A DNA stretch of 64,000 bases from Monocercomonoides exilis PA203. Taxonomy: Eukaryota > Protista > Preaxostyla. The DNA lies in the NCBI GenBank assembly GCA_001643675.2, contig LSRY02000029.1, positions 868,001 to 932,000 of the forward strand. The letters are read 5' to 3'. Below are positions 11,020-23,691 of the stretch, piece after piece (position 1 is the stretch's first letter; each line of letters begins with the position of its first letter). The notes beneath the pieces were generated by a model. It was given only the letters and a program-made list of their open reading frames with translations, searched no databases and had not been told where the DNA came from. Made by a program: the position numbers and the translations under genes.

Positions 11020-13692
11020 ATGGACCAAGAAAATACAGAAAATATTCCTGAGCAAGAGCCCGATAATAATTTGCAATCACGTCCAAAGATTATAATTGAA
11101 TATCAATTACAACCACAAACAAGGAATGAAGGAGGATTTATAAATAAGAAAACTGGAATCCATTATTTAAATGCATGCGTACAAACAGACCCAAAACCAA
11201 AACCTCCACAACCTAAGAAATATTCAAGGGATGCGCAAACTGTGCAATATGCTGCTCATACTACACAGACAAAACGAGAATCTGGAACTCAAATGGTAAT
11301 TTTGTTTATTTTTTATCATTGAATTTGCACCTTTTTATATTTGCAACTTTAGCCGAAACCAGGACTAGCAATAGATGAATCTGGCGATAAAGTTATGTAT
11401 GCCCAACCGTATTTTGACTCAGAACAGTGGATGGCACTTCTCGAAAGAACTGCGTTAACTCTTCAACGATGGACGCGAGGATGGCTTGCACGAAAGAGAT
11501 TGCGCGAAATGAAGTATGTATCTGAAGTGCATTTATTGATCTTCAAACATATTTACAAATATTTTCAAATTTCAGACAAGAACAAGAGCAGAAACTTAAA
11601 GAACTTTCTCAAAAAACGGATGTACAATCAAAAGAAGATGACGTTGAAAAGAAACGTGAAATGGAGCGAAGAACGCATCCAAGAACCAAAGAAGATTTTG
11701 ATATTTTGCGTTCTGAACTTTCAGGTTTGAACAATAGCTTATTTCGAAGAATATCCATTTAAATGGAAATTTTAATATACCTGGTACCACTCTGCTTATT
11801 GTGATGTTAACCAACATTTTTTTGTTATATTTTATTTTATAGCATGGATGGCACAAGAAACGGAACGGATTAACTCACTGGGATTAAGCGAAGCCGAACG
11901 ACTTTCAGCGCTTGCGGTACTTCTGTCGCATGAAACACGCATCCTCCAAACGATCGATCGACTGAAAAGCAGCGCCAAAACAGAGAATGAGGAATCGCGC
12001 ATTGAAAAAATGATGGAGCAGGTAGAGTTCTTTTGTCTTATTTTTGTAATGCATTTCCTAATTAACATATTCTTCTGTAACTTTTATTCATTTTGCTGCA
12101 GATGTCAGCTCCGAAAGAGATCAAGCTGCGCGAGGGACAGAAAGCGAGTGTGCACACGCCATACACCACACGTGCGAGAGAGCTGGCTGATTTGTATCGC
12201 GCACTGCGTCTGACGAATGTGAGTGTGGATGAAAGGCTGGACATCCTTCTGCATGTGAAGTGGACAGTGAAGGTTTGATTAACGAGGAATGAGCGAGTTT
12301 ATTGGGAAATGCATGGTGGTTGTTTGATATTTGCTATGCATTTTGTTTGCTTATGAATATTTTTGTTACAATATAAATTAATTTTGATAATACATTGCTA
12401 TATTTATTTGCATACTCAATGTCATTCAGGAATATGACTGCCAGCTGACACGCACTCTTGTTGATCTGATTGACCGAGAAGCCGATCTCATTCAGCGGGT
12501 GCACTGCAAATGCCCCACTTGCTCTTCTGCCTTCGGCACTTCATCAACCACTCCTTCTGCTGCCTCTGCCTCTTCCTCCTCCTCTTCTTCTTCTCGTTGT
12601 CTTCTTTCTGGTCTTCGTGAGCGTATTGCCACACAGTTTCTTCTCTTTGTGGAGACGCCAGAGTTCAACCCAGAAGCCGCACGCTTTCTGAAAGTGCCGA
12701 AGGATCTGGTTGTGCGGCCAGAGACGATTTTGTTCAGCAAAGAAAAAGGAACAGCCAAAAAAGGTGCAACTGCAAGAGGAGTAGGGGCAAGCATCAACAG
12801 CTCGAAAAGAGGAGCAGCCGGCGGAGCAGCGAGAAAAGGGGCAGAAAGAGGATGGGGTGCAGAGAAGAACGAGAGGGACGCGGGAGAAGCGGCTGAGAGA
12901 GAGCAGTGGAGGCAAAAGAGAGAGGCGATTCAGAAGGAGAAGATGGAGCAGGAAGGCAGACTGCAGTCGGGAAGATCAAAGCCAACGACGCCAAGGTCTC
13001 GTCCGATATCGCACAGAGCAGAGCAGATGGAAGAGAAGAGAGAAGAAGAACAAGAAGAGCGAGAAGATCAACAACAACAGCAACAAGAGCAACAAGAGCA
13101 ACAAGAGCAACAAGAGCAACAACAACAAGAAGTGGAGGAAGAAATGAACAGGGCAGAAGATGGGACTGAAAGAAGTGGAGATCGCGTGGAGCAAGCAGAA
13201 GGAGAAGAAAGGGAGGAAATGATAAGAGGAGAAGAAGGAATCGAAGGAGAGAATGGTGTTTCAGACACAACAGAGGCAGGGCAGCAGACACATAATGAAG
13301 AAAATGAATACAATGAAGAGGAGATGAGAAGAGAAGAAGGAGAAGGAGAAGGAGAAGGCGAAGGAGAGCAGATGGTGGATATGGGGACAAGTCCGATGCA
13401 GCAGAAGGCAGAAGCAGGAGATCTGACAGAGGAAGAAAGGAATTACGAGATGGAAGGCCAAATGGCAACAGAGCAAGAACAAGGAATAGAAGCCAGAGGA
13501 GAAGAAGAGGAAGCAGCAGCGAATGGGGAAGATGTGCCGAATGAGCAGGAGAATTTGATTGATATGCAAATTGATGACAGAGAAGTGCCAACTGGAGAGG
13601 AAGAAGGAGAGCAAAACTGGCATGGCGATGAAGCAGTGAAGGAGGAAGCAGAAGGAGGAGTGGAAGAGCAAAGGGAAGAAAATCCTGTTTGA
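11020..13692 (+). CDS. IQUB: IQUB/FAP253-like ciliary radial-spoke protein with a long acidic C-terminal tail, multi-exon
   Basis: Motifs GGFINKKTGIHYLNACVQT, SRDAQT, TQTKRESGTQM, IQ motif [62 protein letters not shown] and GLRERIATQFLLFVETPEFNPEA. Confidence 0.85.
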
Positions 13693-14494
13693 ATGAATAG
13701 TTTTATTTCTTCTCTTTAGTAATAACATCTCATCTCGTGTTCTGCTGAGCATCTTCACATTCATTTCCTTCTCTCTCTCTTTCTCTCTCTCTCAAACACT
13801 TTCCTTTCCACAGTCATTTCCATCATCGTTTTGTCTCTCATATTTCTTCTTCTTCTTCTTCTTCTCAGCTGAATGATTTGCTCAATAGTCGATTTCTTTT
13901 TTATTTACATTCCACATTTTTATAAACCATTTCTCGAATTCTTGTTTGCCTTCCTGTTGTATTTTTTTGTATATTTTGAATTCTTCGCATTTTCATTTGA
14001 AAGATGCAAATTCTCTTACATTTTTTTCTCTTCAATTCACAAGCTAAATATCAAACCTTAAAATGTTCTCTCTTTCTGTTTGTTTTGATATTTATTGAAT
14101 TCTCTCATAAACTTAATGCATTCAATAGGAAAGAAAGCAATATTTTCATTGATTTTTATCACAAACAACTGTTTTGACCAAATTGCAGATGCAAAAAAAA
14201 AGAGCAAATGTGTAATGTTTTTTGCTTTACAAACCCTCTGATTTTTGATGAAAAAAAAAAAAAAACTGAATAACAAATTGAGGAAAAAATCAGTAGCAAA
14301 GATTTATAAAGAAGCAAAATAACCTCACAGAATCAATATGGAAACCAAAAAAGAATTAATTGCTCTCCAAAAATAAAGTTAAAAGTTTTCTGTAATTCAC
14401 AACAGAGCCGTGAACACAAACAAAACAAATATCATTTAAGGAGATTTATGAGTAAAGTTGTCATAAAAGTTTTAAATGATGATAAATTTCTTCT

Positions 14495-15537
14495 TCAAAA
14501 CCAAGTCGTTGGATTATCTTCCTTCTTCTCTTCTGGCTCGTGTTTGCGGCAGTTTTTGAATGTGAAACCTCCACAAGCAGAAACAACGATGATGAAAATA
14601 AGCACCTGTAACATTAAAAAAAAGAAATAATAAATAAATAAATAAAGATGGAAATATATATTTAATGTGAAATAGAATCAAAGACATAAAGGCATGAATA
14701 TTTTTATGTTTGAAAATTTTGAATCTTAAAATGTCAAACCAAAAGAATGATAATTACAATTGTCCAAAGTTTGCAGTTTTGCCACCACATTTTCTTCTTC
14801 AATTGTGTTCCTTTCTTTTTAAATGTTAAAGAATTTTGCGCCAAACTTTCTGAACGATCAACTAAAAGTTCTATTTTCTCTTGACGATCAAGAACTTTGT
14901 CTACAAAAATATAAAACGAAAATGATTTGGATTACAATTTTAATAGGAATCATTGATTTAAGAATAGCAATAGCAATATACCTATATTTTCTTCAACTGT
15001 TCCACGAAGAAGGTTGACATCTTCTTTTGCTCTGGCAATTCTATCATTTGATTGAGCAGAAAATTGTTTCTAAAAAGGCAGTAATTCTTAAGAAAGATGC
15101 ATATATGTGTCCACACCATTAGTTTTAATAGCTCATTTCTGAAATCACGGAATTGATAGCTACTTGAAGTGTCCAAAGAATAACCATATCGGGATATGAA
15201 AGTTTGTTGTGTATCTGTAAGAAATCCAAATGCAACGCATCTATCAAAGCGATCATCCGTCATGCACATATAGACGACTTGATTTTCAATGATATAGTGA
15301 AATGTGTAACTGAAATGAATATTGCAAAAAATCATGAAAAAGAACGTTTTTATTTCATTGAAGAGCAAACTCATCGTAATGATAAGATAATTTTGCATCA
15401 ATTTTAGGAACTTTTGCTAATATTTTACTTGCAATTTCTCGGAAATTACCCGCAGTTTGTTCGGCTTCAACAAGAATTGACTGATTCTTGGCGATAACAG
15501 CATATAAAATCGGCATGCGTATTCTAATTTTTGACAT
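14495..15537 (-). CDS. VAMP7: Longin R-SNARE, VAMP7-like, multi-exon
   Basis: Longin domain MPILYAVIAKNQSILVEAEQTAGNFREIASKILAKV...FHYIIENQVVYMCMTDDRFDRCVAFGFL, then an R-SNARE coil, KKKMWWQNCK, a C-terminal TM helix and CGGFTF. Confidence 0.88.
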
Positions 15538-15837
15538 ATTAAAAATTAATTTTAAAATTAAAAAAAGGATTTCATGTTGACGATTCTTTGAAAAATGAAA
15601 AGCAAACTTTTCTTTGAATCTTAAAAATGATATGGATTAGATCATTGTTTTTTGTAAAAATCTTTATTAGATATGAAGTGGAAAAAAAAGTGTATTAAAT
15701 ACAAAAAATAAACAAGACTTGAAATTTTATGAATAACTGCCTCGTTTGCAATGGAAGCAAAACTGTTCTCTGTAATTATCACAAAAAAGAAAAAGATGTT
15801 GAAAAAAAAAAGAGAGAAATGAATTTTTCATTAAATC

Positions 15838-17705
15838 CTATTTTGAATTCAATGTCTTCAGCTGTAAAAACACAAGCATTTTCCAGAGTCTTTGAACAAA
15901 GTCGTCAGCCTCTTCTTCTTCGAGAAAACGACTCAGTTGTGTAATCATCTGTTCTGGTGAGTTATGTGCATCTAAAGAGCTCAACACAGTTGACACGAAA
16001 TTCTTCTGTTCCTTTTCTGTTTGTGTTTCCGGCAGCAGTTTTTTGGCTTTGATGTTAACCCAATTTTCGAGCTGTGAAGGGAAAGAATGGGAATCGCTGA
16101 GAGTCCAGTCGATCGAATAGGCAAAGAGACCAGAGCGCGTTTGGGGCACACGGGATGTGAGTTCGGTGAGTGAGTGAGTGGAAGAGGAAGAAGAAGAAGA
16201 GGAGGAAGAAGATGATGAAGAAGAAGAAGAAGATGATGATGAGTCGGAAGAGATTGGAGCACTTTCGTTTTGGTCCTTCTCTTTTTGTGTGTCTGTTTCT
16301 TTTCTGTCAGAATTTCCGATTGTATCTCTTTGTTCTTCACTTTCTTTCTCTTTCTCTTTCTCTTTTGCTTCTTTGGAATCCTTCTTTTCATCTTTCGTCT
16401 TTTCCTTCTCTTTCTCTTTCTCTTTCTCTTTCTCCTTCTCCCTTTTCGTGTATCTTTCCTTGTCACTTTCTGATTCTGATTCGCTGCTGTCTCTTCCTCT
16501 CCTCTTCGTCGAACGTTCATCTTCTCTTCTTCTGTCTTTCCCTTTTCTGCCTTCTCTTTCTCTTTCTCTTTCTTTCTCTTTTTCTTTCTCCTTCTCCTTT
16601 TCCCTTTCCCTTTCCTTTTCTTTATCCTTCTCTTTCTCTTTCTCCTTCCTCTTCTCCTCTTTCTTCCTTCTTCTGTATGCCTCTGAATCTTCACTGCTTT
16701 CATCCCGTCTTCTTCTCCTTCTCGTCTCTTCTCTGTCATTCCATCTTCTCTCGCTGCTGCTTTCATCAGAAGAATACGAATCTCTTCTTCTCTTCTTCCT
16801 CCTTTTCTCCTCTTCCTCTTCACTTTGGCTGTCACTTCTTCGCTTTCTGTAGTCATCGCTGCTTCTGTCTCTTCCTCTTCCTTTCTCTTTTTCCTTTTCC
16901 TTCTCTTTCTCTCTTCTTTTTTCTTTCTCTCTTTCTCTCTCTTTCTCTTTCAATCTTTCTCTTTCTCTTTCTCTCTCTTTGTCCTTCTTCTTCCTTCTGC
17001 GCATTGCTTCAGTCGAAGAATCTGTTGACGAAGGCGAAGAAGACAAAGAAGAAGAAGAAGGCGATCTTCCTCGTCTTCTCTTCACTTTCTTCATTTCTTC
17101 CTCTTCTTTCTCATCTTCAGTTGTTTGCTCCTTTTCTTTCTCCTTCTCCTTCTCCTTCTCTTTCTCTTTCTCTTTCTCCTTTTCCTTTTCCTTTTCCTTT
17201 TCCTTCTCTGCTTCCTCTTCTTTCACTGGCATTGGAACACTCTTTGGAATAGAAAATGAAGGTGTTGCAGAAGAAGAAGTTGATGATGAAGGCAATGATA
17301 ATGAAGAAGATAAAGAAGAAGAAAGAGGTTGAGAAAGAGCAGAGAAAGAAGAGATGGCAGCATTTGAGGCAGAAGAAGTGAATGAAAGCGAGTCTGTTGG
17401 GTTGGCTGGCTTGAGATCGAATGTGGAAAAGGGGTCAGGTTCAGAATCAGCAGAATCAGAAGAGGAAGAGGAAGAAGAGGAAGAGGAAGTGCTGAAAGAA
17501 TCCAAAGAAGAAGAAGGAGAAGAGGAAGGAATGAAGAACTTTGAGGAGGAAGAGGAGGAAGCGGCAGAGGAGACGGATGAGAGAGAAAGAGATGGGATTG
17601 AGAAAGAAGGGGCAGATAAATTGGATGAAGGAGCAGCAGTTGTTGATGTGGCTGATTGTTGTGCACTTTCATTTTGTTCTGCTTCTCTGAAATAAATTCA
17701 ATGAA

Positions 17706-17738
<33 letters not shown>

Positions 17739-19666
17739 TGTCATGTTTAATCATGCATTCAAACATAATACAAATTAAGCAAACAGACAAATAAACAGAA
17801 AGATAAAGAAATAGATAAATAGAGAGATAGATAGATAGATAGATAATAAGTTTAATTGATTAACATAATAAATCAACCACAAATAGCACACAATGCAGCG
17901 CTCCACTCCAAAATAGAGCTGTCTGAATTGCCTTTTCTCTTGGCGCCATTCAATTCGTCGTTTTCACTCCCACTCTCATCGCTCTCGTCCAACATGCGCT
18001 TTTTGGTTCTTTCGCCTTCTTTGCCTGTTCTGACGTCTTCATCAACTGCCATCAGAAGCGATTCTTTCATCTTCTTCTTCTCTTTCTCTGCTCTCTTGCG
18101 CTCTTTCTCGCGCTGTCGCTCTTCCTTAAAAAAAAGGGTGAAAAAAGAAAAATTGAGAAAAAAATGAAAAAAAGGAGAGAGAGAAAAAGAGGATAAAGAT
18201 GAAATTTTATTTTGAGAAGAAAAAAGAAAAATAAAATGATTAAAAATGGATGTTTTAAGGGGAAATGGTTCAAAAAGGGATCAAAAATAAAAAGTGGAAA
18301 TTTTCAAACAAAACAAATTAAAATAAAGAAAAGTGTTTAAAAAAAAAGTGCCTTCCAACCTCTTTTATTTTGACGAGTTCCAATTCTTTCTTCTTTTCTT
18401 TTGTCGAAATCAGCTTTTTGAGCTCTTCATCTTTCTCTGCTGTTCTTTTCCTCCATTGCTGAATCTCCTTCACAACCACGGAAATTGTCCCATTGTCTTT
18501 CAATTAGAAATGATGCATGTCAAAATAAAATGTGAATTTATTGTCAAATATAAATAGATAAATAGATAAATAAATAAAAGATAATTTTTATAATTATTAA
18601 TAAAATAATATTATCATGTTTATTATTCGCACACCTAACAATGCGCCGGCAACAGGCATGTCTTTCAGCTGCTCTTCACCAACGTCTTCTTTTTCAATCA
18701 TCTTTCTCTTCAGTTCTTTTTTGTCTTCCATTGAAAGCTCATACTCCGACACTATCTTTTCCATATCCTTCTTTTTGGCTTCATCTTCAGTCTTCTCCTC
18801 TTCAGTGGCATTTTCGTTGATGGTCGCAACAGAAATAGCAAATCTCTTCGTTTCCACTCCTCCATTTTTCGCTTTATCTCGTTCTCTGCATTTTTCACAG
18901 CAGTATTGAAGTGTCTTTTGATCTGGTCGGATCTGCAAAAAAGAATAATCAATTCAAAAAAGGAATTTTTAAATTTTAAATCAGTACAATTTCAAGATGA
19001 AACACATAAAAAGAAATGCATGCATTTAGTTTGCTTTCTCCAATTTCTAATCCATTTAGTAATCGAACGCAACGCATCACAGACTCAAAAGTCTCAAACT
19101 GGCAATATCCAAAATGAAAATCTATTTCTGATCCTGAATCTGTCAATCGTTTCCAGAATGTAATTGGACCACACAGCTATTCATATAAATATTTTTTTTT
19201 TGAAAAAAAATTATAATTGATAATAAAGCATAACAGTCAAACAATTAGTAATCTTTTGATGAAAGTGTCATCGTAATCTGGATCAATTTTTGAAATAAAC
19301 ACTTTAAACTCAAGTTTTTGAGGAACGGCTTCAACTTGAACAGCTGCTTGAGAAGGTAAAATCAGCGGTGGCTTTGGAGCATTCGAAGTTGTGCTTTGCA
19401 TTGTTCCAACAGGGATTGAAAGAGAAGCTGCTGATGGAGGAGCAAGGACCATAGGAACAACTGGAACAGAAGGGTTTGGAATGACTGGTTGGCGAAATCC
19501 CATTGACGGGCCTGGAATAATTCCTTAATATAAAAACAATTGCATTATTTAAAAATAGACGATTTTAATTTCAATCAATCAAACCCATCGGGACAGACGG
19601 ATAAACTGGTTGCACAGGAGGAAATTGTGAAACGCCAATGCCCGTAGGTGCTGGATATTGCTGCAT
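15838..19666 (-). CDS. RBM25: RBM25/Snu71-like splicing factor (Pro-rich N-terminus, RRM, RE/RD-rich region, PWI domain), multi-exon
   Basis: RRM KVFISKIDPDYDDTFIKRLL..CGPITFWKRL..FGYCQF..RCVRLLNG, long EKEKE/RERE tracts, and PWI domain LFAYSIDW...LENWVNIKAKKLL...EEADDFVQRLWKMLVF. Confidence 0.85.
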
Positions 19667-19741
19667 CAGATTGGAAATATTTGATCTTGTTTGATCAATA
19701 ATTATAATAATAAATAGAAAATTGATTTTTATCGTTTTTTA
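19667..19741. promoter_or_regulatory. Putative bidirectional promoter (75 bp between divergent start codons)
   Basis: The RBM25 ATG at 19666 (-) and the Gemin2 ATG at 19742 (+) are separated by an AT-rich spacer. Confidence 0.55.
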
Positions 19742-22232
19742 ATGCCAAGAAAAGGTAAAAACCAGCAGCAAATATTGCAGCAAGGACAAGTTTTTGAGGT
19801 GTTTGGAAGTCCTTGTCCTCCAACTGATGAAATACCAGAGGATGCAAATACATATTTGCGACAATCAATGTTTATTTTTTTCAAATACACAAAGTTATAT
19901 TTGATATAATGATTTTATTTTTCAGCTGGGTTGAACAGCATGCTGATAAAACAGCTTGCGCTGAAAAGCTTCCAGATTTTCATCAAAGTACTGCAAAATC
20001 TGTTTGAACTTTTTTTTCAATAATTTTTTAGAATCAATGTGCATTTTCAGATTTTCCCATCAGAACCTCAACAACACATAACTGTTACCCCAGAGATTCT
20101 TCCTGAATCATCCTGGGCTAACTCTTTAATAATTAAATTTTTGCATCTTCGCCAGGTTTGAAGTCAACTTTTACAAATTTCAAGGTTGCTTTTGGTCTTA
20201 ATTATCTGTAGGTTCTTTCATGTATGAAAAAATATCGTGAAGAACATTCGACATATGATTCTGTTGTTTATCCTTTTCCTTCTGTATCTTCCAAAAAGAA
20301 ATGGATAAATATTTGGTCAAGGTTTTGCAATTTTTTGTTTCATTATTTAAATTTTAATTTTAATTTATTAAATGAAGCACAACTTTTACATCAGAATCAC
20401 TTATTTCTGCAATCTTTCCAACTATTTCAAAAGAGACTCTTGCTTCTGCCGCTGTTTTTCCATTATGTAACAAGTGCGATCAATCAAATAATTTGCCAGA
20501 TTGTAATTTTACTGGTCCAATTCAAAGGAAAATGTCACAAAACTTAGAAACTGTTGAGGGGAAATTTGATTCCAGCGTTCAAATGAGAGAAATTACATTT
20601 TTAGATAAAGATGACGATGGTGAAGAAGAAGAAGAAAAAGAAGAGAGTGATGAAATGGAAGAGGATTGTGATGAAGATGAGTGCGAAGAAGAGCTGCCAA
20701 CTTTATCTTTTCTATCTTCAAATCAGCTCCATCCTTTCGAGGAAGAACCGATTAACCCAAAAAGCCAGTCACCTGCTCCATCTTCACAGCTTCCTATTCC
20801 TCCTTCTTCAACGTCCAATTTACATGAGTCTACAGAAGATCAGACAAAAACAGAAGCAACTTCACTATTATCATCTCCACCTCTTTCTCATTCAGTTCTT
20901 CCAACATATCTACCTCCCACATCGTATCTTCTTTCATTAAAGCAGGCATCTATCGTAACTCTTCTTACCAATTTGTGTGAGTTCATTTCAAATACAGTGA
21001 ATCTTCTTTCGGCAACAATTGAAAAATCAAAGGAAGTTCTTGCCGACAAACAACATGATGAAATTTTGAAAAGTTCACTCACAGCAGATAGCATTAAAAT
21101 AAAATCCCAATCAGAAACCATTCCGGCAGCCAAAGCTAATTCTTGTGCAAGTTCAAATGATGATACTGATCAGAATTCTACAATTAGTGACTCTCCAATC
21201 AAAGTGATGTCTGATATGTCAAGTGAATCATCAAGTGTTGGAGATTTAGTAGAAGTTATGCAGTTTAAAATCGAAAAGAACGAAGCATTGTCAGTTCAGC
21301 AAAATGGTTGTACGAAAGTGTCAGATCGACCTTCTTTTACCTCTCCTCTTACAAATGCTCCTTCAAAGTCAATGGAATCTGAGACGTCTTCTCCATTCTC
21401 AACATCATCTTTGCTTTCTTCTTTGCCATCGTGTTCTATCGCACCACTCACATTTTCAACTTTTGCTTGGATTTTCTCTCTTCTTTCTGTTTTAGAGAAG
21501 CCAATCTCTGCGACTGTCTCATCACATCTGTTTGCTCTTACACGATCTGTTCTTTCTTTGCTCTCATTGTGCGATACAAATGACACATTATTCACAGCTG
21601 CAATAAACTTAACAATAAATCATTCGAGTTTATCTGCAATCCTTGATGTTCATTCTGAAGAATCTGAAAGTTTGAAGCATTGTTCAAGCAAAACAGGATG
21701 TGGGAGAATGTGGATTCAAGAAGAATTACCTGAGACAGAAAAAATTGAAAACAAAAATGAATGTTTCATCAGTCAGGAGGATAACTCAAATGGTGACATT
21801 TTAAATGGAGCAAAAAATGAAATAATTGATGAGATCAAAAAAATCTGGAAGTCGATTCTTCAGCTGATTCTTATTTTGAGTGGTGTCTTTTTTACTTCAT
21901 CACTTTTGGCTCTGACTTCATTAGAAATTCCAACTTTTTCTTCTTCTTCGGGAGTTGCGTTAAAGGAAAAGAATGCTGTTGATTTGAGTAATCAACTTTG
22001 TTTGATAAAAGACAATTTGTGCGTTGAAGATTCCGAGAGCGAAGATGAAGAAATGGAAGAAAATGTAAGTGCTGGTTATTTATCGCCACAGTACAATGAT
22101 ATACCATTGAAACAATTAAATCAAAACATTTGTTCAACACAGCAAGATCCTTTCAATAATCTCTGTATCAATGAAAAAGAAGAAGGTGAACTCTCTGAAG
22201 AAGATACTTTAGGAGATCAAACTGAAGCTTAA
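19742..22232 (+). CDS. GEMIN2: Gemin2/SIP1-like SMN-complex protein with low-complexity insertions, multi-exon
   Basis: N-terminal IPEDANTYLRQ matches the Gemin2 P.dg.eYLr.V motif. Also W.NSLIIKFLHLRQ, YLPPTSYLLSLKQASIVTLL, and FAWIFSLLSVLEKPISATVSSHLFALTR, which matches Gemin2 WlyaLLa.LekPl....s.lr.laR. Confidence 0.7.
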
Positions 22233-23167
22233 AATTGAAATCGCTTTTTATAAATTTTATTAATTTGATTTTTTGTATTTGTTATTATTAAATATTTATT
22301 TTCTATATAAATTTATCTTTTTGGAGATATTTAATTTATTAATTTATTCCTTCATTTGAAAATCATGATTGAAAAAACTCTTTTAATATTCCATCATTAT
22401 ATTTTAATGTGTAAATATGTAGAGGTTATTTTTTACGAAATTATACATAATTAATAATTGTTATTCCATATTTTTAAAAGCAATCAGATTTTTTCAACAC
22501 AATACACAGTTTTTATTTCAAATGACATTGAAGTGTTATCTTGATTCAAATCTTCAAGTAAAAATTTTTTTATAATAATGTTCTTTTTTCTGTATTAAGA
22601 ACACATTAGAAAAGATTTATTTTAATTTGGATCATTTCTTTGTTCAGTGATTTTTAATCAAATGATCAAACTTATGTTTTTAACATATGGGGCAAAGTAT
22701 TTCGCTTCAGGCATTTTATTTGAAAAATTATGCATCTTTGATGAACTTTTTGTGATCAAAAAATATGAAAAAAATGGGTTTCTTTTTTGATTCACATGTG
22801 AGATCCTAAAACATTTTATTGTTGTATCAACGATGCTTGTTTTCAGTAATGAAAATCAAATTTATTTTGAAATCTAATAATGTTTAAAAATGTTATAAGT
22901 GATACTATTTTTTCATGCTTTGAGTAAAAGAAAACTTGAAAGTCCATATTTTCCCACATATATATCATTAATTGAATAATAATAATAAATATAAAAAACA
23001 TTGAGTTCTGCACAACTTTTGGTGACTTTTTTCGACTGTGATAAAATGACAAGTCTCCTTTAGATGAAAAAACATCCTCTATTAATTGTTCGAAGTTGGT
23101 TAACTTCTTATTCAAATTTTCTAAAATAAAGCATTTTTTATTAATATTGTTTGTGATTATTTTGTTA

Positions 23168-23510
23168 TTGGCTGAATGTGAGAAAGAAATGAAAATATTT
23201 CTTTCTGTCATAATTCGAAATAAAGATTAGAAGTCGAACCTCTAATATTATAATTTGTGAATAAACATGGAAATTTTTGATTTTTCAGAAAAATATAATT
23301 TTCATGAAAATAGGATAATATTAAAATTATTTCACGTCACATAGTTATACAATGCATTATTCAATCAAGATTAATAATTAGTATCAATGAAAGATGTGGA
23401 AAATATTTTTTTCCCAAATAATTGTATCTATTAATGCACTTTCTGAATTATTCATTTGTTTCAATTGATCCTCTGAATATATGGGTGATTTTTTTTGATA
23501 TCATAAAAAA
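23168..23510 (+). repeat. Outer diverged inverted repeat, left copy (partner 45429-45678)
   Basis: Collinear blocks TTGGCTGAATRTGAGAAAG, GAACCTCTWATATT, TTATTCAAWCAAGAT and ATATGGGTGATTTTTTTTGATATCATAAAAAA match the reverse complement of 45429-45678. Confidence 0.75.
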
Positions 23511-23691
23511 TTACGAAGTTTGATCAAAAAATTATTTTATTAAGGGTGTGGGTGATAAATGAATTTTCAGTTGATATTACATGAAAATAAGGTTTAATAT
23601 ATTATTATTATTAATTATTTGTTGATTTTAATTTGATTTTAATAGTTTTTATTACAAAATTTGAAAAAAACATAAATAATTAAATAATATA

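Noticed and set aside
15981-17744. Numerous long overlapping or antisense ORFs (also at 12.5-13.8, 37.2-37.8, 51-55 and 62-63.5 kb)
   Set aside because: They are shadows of purine- or pyrimidine-skewed low-complexity coding tracts that lack stop codons in other frames, and they show no motifs.
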